Counted from the first letter of the stretch, positions 1 through 8,683 are shown. The stretch: DNA of 20,334 bases from Candidatus Micrarchaeia archaeon (GCA_049966395.1 JBMFUT010000011.1:1-20334); one strand, 5' to 3'. Notes: generated from the sequence alone by a model not told the origin. Translations and numbers: made by a program.

Positions 1-1855
1 ACTTATTTACTTTGAAGTCGGCGTCAGCTGCGCCCCCCTCCGGTCCGTAGCCGCTTCCACTTGGTCCTGGTCCTTCTTCTCCTCCCGACCCTCCGCTCGG
101 GCCAGACGAAGAAGACTTGTACATGCTCGCGCCTATGCGCTCTACCAGGCTTTTGAGCTCTTCGCTCTTATCCTTTATGGCAGCGTAGTCCTCTCTTTTT
201 ATTGCGTCCTTCAGTGCGTCCACGGCGTTTGAGGCACTGTCTGCATCCTCTTTAGATATTTTTTCCTTATTGTCTTTTAGGAATTTCTCAGTTGTATACA
301 CTAGGGTCTCGGCAGCGTTCTTCGTCTCGATATTCTCCCTTATCTTCTTGTCTTCCTCGCTGTACTGCTCTGCTTCCCTTATTTTCCTGTCTATCTCTTC
401 CTTTGACATTTTGTTTGGAGCTATCACCTGCATGCTCTGCTCCTTTCCAGTAGCCTTGTCCTTAGCCGTGACGTGAAGTATGCCGTTGGCGTCTATGTCA
501 AAGGTAACCTCTATCTGTGGCGTCCCCCTTGGCGCTGGAGGCAAGTCAGTAAGCATGAACCTGCCGAGGTCTATGTTGTCTTTTGCCATAGCCCTCTCGC
601 CCTGCAGTATGTGTATGTCCACCGAAGTCTGCCCGTCTTCCGCCGTGGTGAATATCTGGCTCCTCTTTATAGGTATTGTCGTGTTGCGGTCTATTATTTT
701 AGTCATCACGCCCCCGAGCGTCTCTAGGCCTAGGGAAAGCGGGGTAACGTCGAGAAGTACTATGTCCTTTACCTCGCCAGTAAGCACGCCTGCTTGTATT
801 GCAGCCCCGAGCGCCACAGCCTCCATCGGATCAACCCCGCGCTCTATCTTCTTGCCAAGCAGCTGCTCCACGTAGCGCTGCACTATCGGCATTCGCGTAG
901 GCCCTCCAACAAGCACAACCTTATCTATGTCTTTGGGTTCAAGTTTTGCGTCCTTGAGCGCCTGCATCACTGGCTTTGTAGTCTTCTCAACTATTGGGAG
1001 CACTATTTCCTCAAGCTTTGCCCTGCTGAGCTTGTAAGTGAAGTGCAGCGGCGAATTCCCGGGACCCATTGTCAGGAACGGGAGATTTATTTCAGATTCT
1101 AGGGTTGTGGAAAGCTCTATCTTAGCCCTTTCGGCAGCTTCTCTGAGCCTTTGCATAGCCTGCTTGTCGTTTGTTATGTCGACTCCGTGTTCCTTCTTCA
1201 GCTCCGCAAGCAGAAAATTGACTATGGCGTTGTCCATGTCCGTGCCTCCAAGCTGCGTATCGCCGCTTGTGGATTTAACTTCAAATACGCCATGCCCAAA
1301 TTCCATTATAGTCACATCAAGAGTGCCTCCTCCGAAGTCGTAGACGAGTATCTTCATGTCCTTTCCCGCCTTGTCAATACCGTATGCAAGGCATGCAGCG
1401 GTTGGCTCGTTCACTAGCCTTACGACCTCGAGTCCGGCTATTTCCCCTGCATCCTTTGTAGCCTGCCTTTGGTTGTCATTGAAGTACGCCGGCACGGTTA
1501 TCACTGCCTTCGTGACTTCTTCTCCAAGGAAAGCCTCAGCGTCCTTCTTTATCTTTTGCAGCAGTATTGCCGAAAGCTCTTGCGGCGTGTAGTCCTTGCC
1601 AAATATGTTGTACTTGTAAGTAGTTCCCATTTTTCTCTTGAATGCGGTTACCGTTCCTTCCGGATTTGCTACTGCCTGTCTTCTGGCAGGCTCCCCTATA
1701 AGCCTCTGGCCGTCTTTAGTGAATGCGACATAGCTAGGGAAGGCCTTGCCGTAAAGCGTTACTCCCTCGCTGCTAGGTATTATCACAGGTCTGCCGCCTT
1801 CCAAAACAGCGGCGGCGCTGTTGCTTGTGCCTAAATCAATTCCTATTATTTTCAT
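1..1855 (-). CDS. dnaK: Chaperone DnaK (Hsp70); stop codon probably straddles the window edge
   Basis: Not in the ORF track because it runs off the window. Manual translation from ATG 1855 gives [23 protein letters not shown]...[21 protein letters not shown]...[17 protein letters not shown] upstream; lies directly after grpE. Confidence 0.98.
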   Translation of the reverse strand, partial: MKIIGIDLGTSNSAAAVLEGGRPVIIPSSEGVTLYGKAFPSYVAFTKDGQRLIGEPARRQAVANPEGTVTAFKRKMGTTYKYNIFGKDYTPQELSAILLQKIKKDAEAFLGEEVTKAVITVPAYFNDNQRQATKDAGEIAGLEVVRLVNEPTAACLAYGIDKAGKDMKILVYDFGGGTLDVTIMEFGHGVFEVKSTSGDTQLGGTDMDNAIVNFLLAELKKEHGVDITNDKQAMQRLREAAERAKIELSTTLESEINLPFLTMGPGNSPLHFTYKLSRAKLEEIVLPIVEKTTKPVMQALKDAKLEPKDIDKVVLVGGPTRMPIVQRYVEQLLGKKIERGVDPMEAVALGAAIQAGVLTGEVKDIVLLDVTPLSLGLETLGGVMTKIIDRNTTIPIKRSQIFTTAEDGQTSVDIHILQGERAMAKDNIDLGRFMLTDLPPAPRGTPQIEVTFDIDANGILHVTAKDKATGKEQSMQVIAPNKMSKEEIDRKIREAEQYSEEDKKIRENIETKNAAETLVYTTEKFLKDNKEKISKEDADSASNAVDALKDAIKREDYAAIKDKSEELKSLVERIGASMYKSSSSGPSGGSGGEEGPGPSGSGYGPEGGAADADFKVNK

Positions 1856-1867
1856 AAAACCACCTCT

Positions 1868-2416
1868 CTATTTTTTCTTTCCATCTTGTGCCGCGTCATT
1901 TGGCTGCTCATCCTTTGCAACTATAACTGACGCTGGCCTTATAAGCATATCATTTATCATGTACCCTTTCCTTACAACTTCTATGATCTTCCCGGGCTTT
2001 TCATTGCTCTCTTTTGCCATAAGTATCTCGTGCTTGTACGGGTCGTAATCGCCGCTAGTGTCAACAGTCCTGAGCCCTATAGATTTAAGCGCGTCCATTA
2101 GATTGGTGTATATGAGCTCTATGCCCTTCTTGGAGGAGTCTTGATCTCCTATTGCGTTTATCGCTATCTCAAACTCGTCTATTACTGGGAGTATTTTCCT
2201 TATTACCTCAGCCTTGTAAAATTCGCTTTTCTGCTCTTCCTCCTTGGCTATGCGTTTCTTGTAATTGTCAAACTCCGCGGCGAGCCTGAGCAGTCTGTCA
2301 GAGAGCTGTTTGTATTCTTCGCTCTCCTTAATGTCAGGCTGAGCGGGTGCCTTGGCCTCGCCTTTCTGGTTATCCTCACTTTTCTGCTCTTTTGAGTTTT
2401 CTTTTTTCTCTTCCAT
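1868..2416 (-). CDS. grpE: Nucleotide exchange factor GrpE
   Basis: LLRLAAEFDNYKKR, ILPVIDEFE, YDPYKHE and VVRKGYMINDMLIRPASVIV motifs. Start placed at ATG 2416 (MEEKK). Confidence 0.96.
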   Translation of the reverse strand: MEEKKENSKEQKSEDNQKGEAKAPAQPDIKESEEYKQLSDRLLRLAAEFDNYKKRIAKEEEQKSEFYKAEVIRKILPVIDEFEIAINAIGDQDSSKKGIELIYTNLMDALKSIGLRTVDTSGDYDPYKHEILMAKESNEKPGKIIEVVRKGYMINDMLIRPASVIVAKDEQPNDAAQDGKKK

Positions 2417-2816
2417 AATTGTCCGCCTCAAAAAGGGAGTCAAGCTTCTCGGCATACTCCTCAAACCTTTCGAACTCTCTCATCATGTCTGCCTGGAGTT
2501 CCTCTATGGTGCTTTGCATATCAGCAGAGCGCAAGTAGTACCTTCTTCCCTTCCTCACAATTACCCCTGTTTCTATGAGCCTGTTCAGATGGTAAATAAT
2601 GGTGCTCCTTGGCTCTTCAAGCATCTTGTAAAGCTCCTTGCTAGTGATGCCCTTGCCCGCGAAACTGGCATGGACTATCGCTTTCAGCAGCTTTGGCTCC
2701 ATGTCTTCTGGTTTCTCTGTAAGGCCGAAAGCCCTGCAGAACCACCTTATAAGCTCATCGCTGCTGGTGTCACGCGGCTTTCCTACCGATTTCACTATCA
2801 CAATTTCGTCGCGCAT
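2376..2816 (-). CDS. Winged-helix (ArsR-like) transcriptional regulator, first gene of the grpE-dnaK operon
   Basis: GITSKELYKMLEEPRSTIIYHLNRLIETGVIVRKGRRYYL is a wHTH with wing, followed by a C-terminal coiled coil. Overlaps grpE by 41 nt. Confidence 0.85.
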   Translation of the reverse strand: MRDEIVIVKSVGKPRDTSSDELIRWFCRAFGLTEKPEDMEPKLLKAIVHASFAGKGITSKELYKMLEEPRSTIIYHLNRLIETGVIVRKGRRYYLRSADMQSTIEELQADMMREFERFEEYAEKLDSLFEADNYGREKRKLKRAEK

Positions 2817-2926
2817 ATTTATAATTATATATGGATATATTTAAATATTTTTCTTTTTTTCAACTTTTTATTGAAATATTCGAATATTAATTAATTATAT
2901 ATCGCGCACAAATAGTAATAAAACTT
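2817..2926. promoter_or_regulatory. AT-rich divergent promoter region with TATA-like box and inverted repeats
   Basis: Minus-strand A-rich BRE and TTTAAATA about 25 nt before ATG 2816. TTTCAA-N7-TTGAAA at 2858-2876; perfect palindrome AATATTCGAATATT at 2875-2888. Confidence 0.55.
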
Positions 2927-2944
2927 ATGTGCAATATTACTATT

Positions 2945-4156
2945 ATGCCTGTAGGAATAACAAACGCAAGCATAACAATATACATGATAGGCATTGCCGG
3001 AGTGTTCATCATAGGTTTCCTTGGAAATATGATATCAAGGAAGACCAACATTCCGTCGATAGTGTGGCTAATTGTATTTGGCATAATACTGGGTCCAGTG
3101 CTCCACATAATGCCTCGTCAGACCCTGCTTAATCTGAGCCCAATAATTTCAAGCATAGTGCTTATAATAGTCCTTTTTAACGCTGGCATAAGACTCAATA
3201 TTTTCAAATCAGTAAAAGCGATACCAATAACTCTTACACTTGCTATCGGCAACTACATCATAGCTGCGCTTTTCGCCACAGCGGTGATGCTGCTTTTCAA
3301 TTTCTCGTTCACAAATTCGCTGCTGATAGGGCTTATTGTCGGTGGTACAAGCGCTGCAGTTGTACCTATAATAAGCAAGGAAACCAAAATGAGCGACAAA
3401 AGCCGGCTTGTTGCTACAATAGAATCGATAATTACCGATCCAATAGGCATAGTCATGACACTGGCGCTTTTGAGCATAATAATACTAAACAACTATACAT
3501 TCAACTTCGTAGCCGTTACTATAGTATCAAGCTTCTCAATAGGGATAGTAATCGGCGCGCTCTTTGCGATGCTGTGGATACCTACGATGAGCTACCTTCA
3601 GCGCAATCGTTACCAGTACTCATACGCTGCGACTCTTGCAGTCGTTTTCCTTATCTTTCCAATAGTGCAATATCTTAACGGGAGCGGGCCCATTGCCGTA
3701 TTTACTTTCGGCCTTCTTATAGCAAACGGAAAGGACGTTTTCAAGGTCATGCGCTACAGGAACCACGAGTCTTTCACCCTTAGCTCCCAGTCTCGCAACT
3801 TTAACGACCTGATAACATTTTTCGTCGGGTCATTCTTTTTCGTGTACCTTGGCGGTCTAGTCAGCCTTGGAAACCTCTACGCATTTGCAATAGGGATAAC
3901 AATATCCGCAGCTTTAGTTGTTGCAAGGCTCATAGGAACGCATGCAATACTCAGGAAATTCGATGGGCAGGATCGCGTAGAAGTGTCTTCTATGGTGTCG
4001 CGAGGCATGGGCGCCGGCGTGCTTGCTACTCTTCCTATTGCATATGGCATACCAGGCACATCGTCATTCATAGACATCATTGCAGCTATAATTTTCGTGA
4101 CAATATTCGCCAACAGCATAATGACGATGATCGCAGGAAGGAAGTCGAAAAAATAG
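2945..4156 (+). CDS. Cation:proton antiporter (CPA1/NhaP-like)
   Basis: Many TM helices; IPSIVWLIVFGIILGP, LFNAG, GGTSAAVVP, ESIITDP, FFFVYLG and SRG motifs. Start ambiguous (2927 or 2945). Confidence 0.9.
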   Translation: MPVGITNASITIYMIGIAGVFIIGFLGNMISRKTNIPSIVWLIVFGIILGPVLHIMPRQTLLNLSPIISSIVLIIVLFNAGIRLNIFKSVKAIPITLTLAIGNYIIAALFATAVMLLFNFSFTNSLLIGLIVGGTSAAVVPIISKETKMSDKSRLVATIESIITDPIGIVMTLALLSIIILNNYTFNFVAVTIVSSFSIGIVIGALFAMLWIPTMSYLQRNRYQYSYAATLAVVFLIFPIVQYLNGSGPIAVFTFGLLIANGKDVFKVMRYRNHESFTLSSQSRNFNDLITFFVGSFFFVYLGGLVSLGNLYAFAIGITISAALVVARLIGTHAILRKFDGQDRVEVSSMVSRGMGAGVLATLPIAYGIPGTSSFIDIIAAIIFVTIFANSIMTMIAGRKSKK

Positions 4157-4196
4157 CTTTTTGCGGCAGCTAAAATGCATGGCAAAATTAAACATG

Positions 4197-4241
4197 AGGC
4201 GGCTTGCGCCGCCTTTTCTGGGTGTGCCAAGTTTCCTCGGC
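4197..4241 (-). ncRNA. Candidate small structured RNA (two GNRA-capped hairpins)
   Basis: Minus strand reads GCCGAG-GAAA-CUUGGC, linker ACACCCAGAAA, then AGGCGGC-GCAA-GCCGCCU. BRE/TATA-like AAAAAGC-TTATAAAT lies 22-29 nt upstream. Confidence 0.4.
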
Positions 4242-4400
4242 GATTATATTATGCATGGATAAATTTATAAGCTTTTTCTTTAAGTATTAAAAAATATAGT
4301 AAAGTATAAATATTTTTATTTAAGTAATAAATTGAAGGAAGCGTCGGTCCACGCTATACAAACGACCTGGCTTGCTAGCTGTCTATTTCTGGGTGATATC

Positions 4401-4649
4401 ATGGATCTGGGTGTAGTGTACGGACTGGAAACAGAATGGCAATTGCTGGCGATGGTGCACAGCATGATGAGGAAAAGCAAGTACGAGCCAAGTGAGGAAG
4501 AAGCGTACGAAGTAGCAGAGGCAATTGGGCAGATAGTAAACTGCCTTGTTTCAAGCAAGCAGGCGGTTGCAGCAGGAGAGAACGTAAGATACGCAATTCA
4601 TGTCTACACAAGCAAGGAAGGAGCAATGACGCAAGTCGAGAGGGCGTAA
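4401..4649 (+). CDS. Hypothetical protein (82 aa)
   Basis: ATG 4401 preceded by a GGGTGA RBS; fills the intergenic gap; no recognisable motif. Confidence 0.6.
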   Translation: MDLGVVYGLETEWQLLAMVHSMMRKSKYEPSEEEAYEVAEAIGQIVNCLVSSKQAVAAGENVRYAIHVYTSKEGAMTQVERA

Positions 4650-4668
4650 GCCCTCTCTCCAGCCCGCA

Positions 4669-5403
4669 TCACATCCCATTGAAGAGTTTCCTGTACATCT
4701 CAAGCGTACCTATGTCGTGCCACTTGCCGGTGTAAGGAACGCCGAGCACTTCGCTGGATTTCGTCAGCCATTCAAGAAAATAGCCAGGCGCGTCAGGATT
4801 GTTCTTCCCGTTTATGTATTCTCCGAATTTGCCGAGCATTTCCTTTGGGTATATGTATATGCCAGTGCTCACCAGCGTTGACTTTGGCTTTGGAGGCTTC
4901 TCCTCAAATCCGGTTATTCTGCTTCCCGAGAGGGAGACAACGCCGAATCTTTTTGCATCTTCAAGTGAACCAACATCATAAAGCGCGATAGTGGGCTTTC
5001 TGGCGCTTTCAAATGCGGAATAAAGCCTAGTCAAATCGAAATCGTAGAGGTTGTCGCCAGCCACTATGAGCAGATCTTCTTTTATCATAGCCTTTTCTAT
5101 GGCGTAGGCAATGCCCCTTACCGCTCCGAACTTCTCCTCGTTGCTTCTTGTAGGCTCTACTACAATTTCAACCTTGCTATTGTATCCTGCAGCTTCTTTA
5201 AGCCTGACCCAGTATTCAGACTCTCTGTAAAACTTCTGGTTTGTAGAAAGCACTATGCGCCTAGGGGAGAGCTTCTCCACGCTCTCGAACACATAGTCTA
5301 TTATGGGCCTGCCGTTTATGTAAAGCAGGTGTTTGGGTATGAATTCTGTTATTGGCTCAAGCCTCTTAGCAAATCCTCCGCAAAGTACGAGAACTTCTAC
5401 CAT
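4669..5403 (-). CDS. Sugar-1-phosphate nucleotidyltransferase (NDP-sugar synthase family)
   Basis: VLCGGFAKRLEP-x4-PKHLL, AGDN, RFGVV, FEEKP, STGIY and WHDIGT motifs. Confidence 0.92.
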   Translation of the reverse strand: MVEVLVLCGGFAKRLEPITEFIPKHLLYINGRPIIDYVFESVEKLSPRRIVLSTNQKFYRESEYWVRLKEAAGYNSKVEIVVEPTRSNEEKFGAVRGIAYAIEKAMIKEDLLIVAGDNLYDFDLTRLYSAFESARKPTIALYDVGSLEDAKRFGVVSLSGSRITGFEEKPPKPKSTLVSTGIYIYPKEMLGKFGEYINGKNNPDAPGYFLEWLTKSSEVLGVPYTGKWHDIGTLEMYRKLFNGM

Positions 5404-5413
5404 TCAACCACCT

Positions 5414-6493
5414 TCAATCAACCACAGTCTCCATCCTCCTGAAGCGTACTTTTCTTTGCCTAAGCAATCCGGCAAGCGGCTCGCCTATCATTACTTTTGC
5501 GCTCGAAAGCTCTTTTATGGATTCGAATCCAAGTTTGGCCATCTCGCCCCTGAAGTCTTCAATTATCCCATTTAGGAAGTTATATGCCCCAATTGCTCCG
5601 CCTTTCCTCTCGCTAACCAGAACAGGTTTTGCCATCCCGCACATCTCGGCGCCTATGGCTATAGATTTTGCAATATCTTCTGCGCTTCTTATGCCGCCAC
5701 TGGACCAAACATGACTCCCGAAGCCGGAAATAGATTCTAGCACAGACAAAGCGGTAGGTATGCCCCATTCCCAGAATGCTTTGCCGTAAGAGCTGTTGCC
5801 TCTATATGTTTCCACGCCTATCCATGTTGTTCCGCCCGCACCTTGCACGTCAATTGCGTATATCTTGCCTTTCATCTTACTAGCAACCTCCTTTGATATG
5901 CCGTTGCCAACCTCCTTTAGCACCACTGGCTTGTCCAGTGCTTCTGAAACCTCGCACACTCTATCGTAAGCGCCCCTAAAGTCGATATCTCCTTCTGGTT
6001 CCACGCTCTCCTGCCCTGGATTGGTGTGCAGCGCAAGCATGTCTGCATTTATTGAATCCACAGCTTCTTTTATTGCGGAATTATCGTATTTTGGAAGCTT
6101 TGACACACCCAGATTGCCTATCAGAAAAATGTCTCCTGCTATTTTTTTGACGTCATAGGTGTAAGTAAGGCCTTTGTTCTCCAGCATGGCCCTCTGGCTT
6201 CCGATGCCCATAGGCACGCCAAGCTTTGACACGGCAATAGCAATGTTTTTGTTTATTTCAAAAGTTTCTTTTTGGCCTCCTGTCATTCCGGATACGAAAA
6301 CAGGCGCGGCAATTTCTCTTCCATGCAATAGAGTAGAAGTATCGACATCTTTTTTGTCTATTTTTCCCCTTTTTGGCACTATGCTGACGCACTCCATCAG
6401 CGTGGTTTTCTTATGATATTGCGTGTCCTTGTTGAGTATTATGCTAATGTGCTCTAGCTTCCTGCTCTGCGTAAGCTTGGATTTATCTACCAC
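5414..6493 (-). CDS. fni: Type 2 (FMN-dependent) isopentenyl-diphosphate delta-isomerase
   Basis: RKLEH, GMTGG, GSQR, HTNPGQE..EGD, KEVGNG, GAGGTTW, WGIPT and SGGIR motifs all present; GTG start. Confidence 0.95.
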   Translation of the reverse strand: MVDKSKLTQSRKLEHISIILNKDTQYHKKTTLMECVSIVPKRGKIDKKDVDTSTLLHGREIAAPVFVSGMTGGQKETFEINKNIAIAVSKLGVPMGIGSQRAMLENKGLTYTYDVKKIAGDIFLIGNLGVSKLPKYDNSAIKEAVDSINADMLALHTNPGQESVEPEGDIDFRGAYDRVCEVSEALDKPVVLKEVGNGISKEVASKMKGKIYAIDVQGAGGTTWIGVETYRGNSSYGKAFWEWGIPTALSVLESISGFGSHVWSSGGIRSAEDIAKSIAIGAEMCGMAKPVLVSERKGGAIGAYNFLNGIIEDFRGEMAKLGFESIKELSSAKVMIGEPLAGLLRQRKVRFRRMETVVD

Positions 6494-6498
6494 TCACA

Positions 6499-6945
6499 TC
6501 ACTCCATCTTGTATATAGGCGCCTTCCTGAGTGCATTTATGTTGCCAGAATCAGTCAAAAACATTGCGACTTGCAGCTGCTTAACCAAAATTTTTATCCT
6601 CTGTGTCTCGCTTTCGTATACAAATGGCAGTAACTTCTTACTTATCCTTATAGCCTTTGCCGCCTCTATGCCATCTTTCACTTCTACGAACTTATACTTT
6701 TCGAGCCCAAGTTTAGCCTTGGTGCCATTGACGTAAACGGTGCGCTCCTTGTCGGACGCCGCCACAACAGGAATGCCTTTTATCATCGAAGAAATGGAGC
6801 TTGCCATTTTTGCGCTCTTCGCAACCACAAAAATCGGCGCGTCTAATTTTATGCCGCGCATTGTTATGCTGGTATCTACCTCATTTAGCGCCAAATTGGG
6901 AAGCGCGTTGTGCACAAACGAAATCTTATGTAATTGATTCTCCAT
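6499..6945 (-). CDS. Short IDI-2 paralog lacking the catalytic core ('mini-IDI')
   Basis: FVHNALPNLALNEVDTS..GIKLDAPIFV, DGIEAAKAI and LQVAMFLTDSGNINALRKAP match N-terminal, late-barrel and C-terminal segments of IDI-2. Intact 148-aa ORF ending 5 nt before fni. Confidence 0.75.
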   Translation of the reverse strand: MENQLHKISFVHNALPNLALNEVDTSITMRGIKLDAPIFVVAKSAKMASSISSMIKGIPVVAASDKERTVYVNGTKAKLGLEKYKFVEVKDGIEAAKAIRISKKLLPFVYESETQRIKILVKQLQVAMFLTDSGNINALRKAPIYKME

Positions 6946-7037
6946 TTAACCCGCTAAATTCATATAAAAATCTGACGTGAAGCTTAATATTGCTTTTGCA
7001 TAACGACCTTCAGCGGCCTCTCTGACGAAAACAAAGG

Positions 7038-7109
7038 CGCCCGAAGCAGGGATTGAACCTGCGACCTACTGGTTAACAGCCAGTCGCTCTACCACTGAGC
7101 TATTCGGGC
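7038..7109 (-). tRNA. tRNA-Asn(GTT)
   Basis: GCCCGAA TAGCTCAGTGGTAGAGCG ACTGG CT GTT AA CCAGT AGGTC GCAGG TTCAATC CCTGC TTCGGGC G forms a full cloverleaf. Confidence 0.97.
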
Positions 7110-7771
7110 TTGAAAAACGGGAATGGCTGTGAGAGATTTATTATTTTCACATATAAAAATGTGTGCTCCCCTATGCTTTCAGAAAAATCAACAGCATTCT
7201 TCGAGTAGTCGTACCTTGCAAAGCTTCTTTGCGCGTTCTCCTCAGCAATTGTATAATAAAGTATCTTCTTGTCATCCGCAAGCTGCTCCACGGTATCGAA
7301 TGCGCAGAAGATGGTCTTGCCATTGTATGGAAACGAATACATACCCTCTATGCTCTCGTTTGTTACAGACTTTGCAATGACAATTTTTATGAGGTCCTTG
7401 ACGCTCGCGATCCTTGCCAGCGAAACTTCTCCCGGATCCTCCTTCCATTGAGCCATGTCGGAAAGGTCAATTCCTATCACGTTTATGTTGCATGTGTTTG
7501 GCGCATTTTCGGCGCCGTCAACAAACTCTGCTTTCCCTTCTTCGGCGCTATATCTGAGCATCTCTTTTGCCTTTTCTTTAAGCTCAACATAATAAGCAAT
7601 AGTCGCGCTGCCTATATTCTCTCCAAATGCGAGCAGCGCCTCTTTGCCACCAATCTTGGACAGGAATGCGTTTTTAGGCGTGCTCTCGAAATCGCACACT
7701 AGCCTGGCTATGTCTTCTATTGAAGATGCCCTTACGTACAGCAACTTTTTCTTCTCCTGCTTCTTGGTCAT
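7100..7771 (-). CDS. Hypothetical protein made of two tandem ~105-aa homologous domains
   Basis: Long ORF in the Trbp-UPF0200 gene string. The halves share [AI]S[SV]xD[IL]xx[LI]V, G[GK]xxxxAF, YY and RYxxxxxxxxF patterns. Start ATG 7771 or GTG 7777. Confidence 0.8.
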   Translation of the reverse strand: MTKKQEKKKLLYVRASSIEDIARLVCDFESTPKNAFLSKIGGKEALLAFGENIGSATIAYYVELKEKAKEMLRYSAEEGKAEFVDGAENAPNTCNINVIGIDLSDMAQWKEDPGEVSLARIASVKDLIKIVIAKSVTNESIEGMYSFPYNGKTIFCAFDTVEQLADDKKILYYTIAEENAQRSFARYDYSKNAVDFSESIGEHTFLYVKIINLSQPFPFFKPE

Positions 7772-7789
7772 CTGCACGCCCAGATATTT

Positions 7790-8641
7790 TTACTTTAATA
7801 ACAATTTATAAACCTGCCCTAGGAAAAGCATCACGGCATATGCCGGCTCGTATATTATAGGGGAAAGCATTACTCCCTCGCCAATGGCGCTGTAATCGTT
7901 TAGGAGCCCTGCATGCGAAACGAGAGTTATTGCATAGCTCTTGCGCACAAGCGGACTTGTCGCCGAGCTTACAGTGAGGTTGAACTTGTAAACTCCAGGC
8001 TCGTCTATGTATACCGGATATGCAAAGGTCGTCACTGTAGAGTGAAGGGCAATAACTTCATCAGGCACATTCCATGCAGGAAGTCCGCGCGCATTTATAA
8101 CGAAAGGATCGTCTGAGGCGCCAGTGTTGTTTATGGTTATGTATAAGTTGACCGGCTGCCCCGGCCCGGCATAAATCTCCTTGGGACTTACGCTAAGGGC
8201 GAAAACATTAGGCGTGACGTTGACATAGACAATATCAGTTATGTTGCCTATTATCTCCCTTTTTGTGGAGTAATTGTAAAAATTGACAGCTCTAATAACA
8301 ATTGAATATGTCCCATTTGCCGCGTCTGGTGCAGCCGTTATCTTCATTTTCATAGGATTGGCGTAAAGCTGCGAAGCTTCGGCGCTCCATCCCGGCGGCA
8401 GACTTACCGCTTCTAGCTTGTTCCAACCAAGATATATCATTTTGCCGCTGGAGTTTGTAGTATTTGCAGATGCGAGGATGTAAAAGCTCTCGCCAGGCCC
8501 TACCTTGCCTATGTATATGCTACCGTTTGCGTAAAGCGTTCCTGAAACCGGCCCCTCTATCTGAAGGTATGTGGCGTTTACTGCGCCAACTAGCACAAAA
8601 GCCAGCGCGAAAGACACCAATAGAACTATGGGGGCCCTCAT
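7790..8641 (-). CDS. Secreted/membrane-anchored protein with two Ig-like beta-sandwich domains
   Basis: N-terminal signal peptide; LPPGWS...APDAANGTYSI and ITINNTG...PGVYKFNLTVSS motifs (NEW3/CARDB-like); several N-x-S/T sequons; hydrophobic C-terminus. Confidence 0.75.
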   Translation of the reverse strand: MRAPIVLLVSFALAFVLVGAVNATYLQIEGPVSGTLYANGSIYIGKVGPGESFYILASANTTNSSGKMIYLGWNKLEAVSLPPGWSAEASQLYANPMKMKITAAPDAANGTYSIVIRAVNFYNYSTKREIIGNITDIVYVNVTPNVFALSVSPKEIYAGPGQPVNLYITINNTGASDDPFVINARGLPAWNVPDEVIALHSTVTTFAYPVYIDEPGVYKFNLTVSSATSPLVRKSYAITLVSHAGLLNDYSAIGEGVMLSPIIYEPAYAVMLFLGQVYKLLLK

Positions 8642-8683
8642 ACAACCGTAAATAATGAAACAAAAAAGTTATTAAGCAGTGCG

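Noticed and set aside
270..2048. Series of plus-strand ORFs of 68-131 aa
   Set aside because: Antisense shadows of dnaK/grpE, a familiar artefact for Hsp70 genes; no independent motifs.
4197..4241. Resemblance of GAGGAAACU...CAGAAAAGGCGGC to RNase P RNA conserved regions
   Set aside because: Far too short, and the P4 complementarity cannot be formed.
4175..4265. Possible mini-CRISPR array
   Set aside because: Only two imperfect 15-nt copies, a 61-nt spacer, and no cas genes in the window.
6946..7037. TCTGACG repeated at 6971 and 7021 downstream of tRNA-Asn, as an att site
   Set aside because: Only 7 nt, not a copy of the tRNA 3' end, and no integrase nearby.
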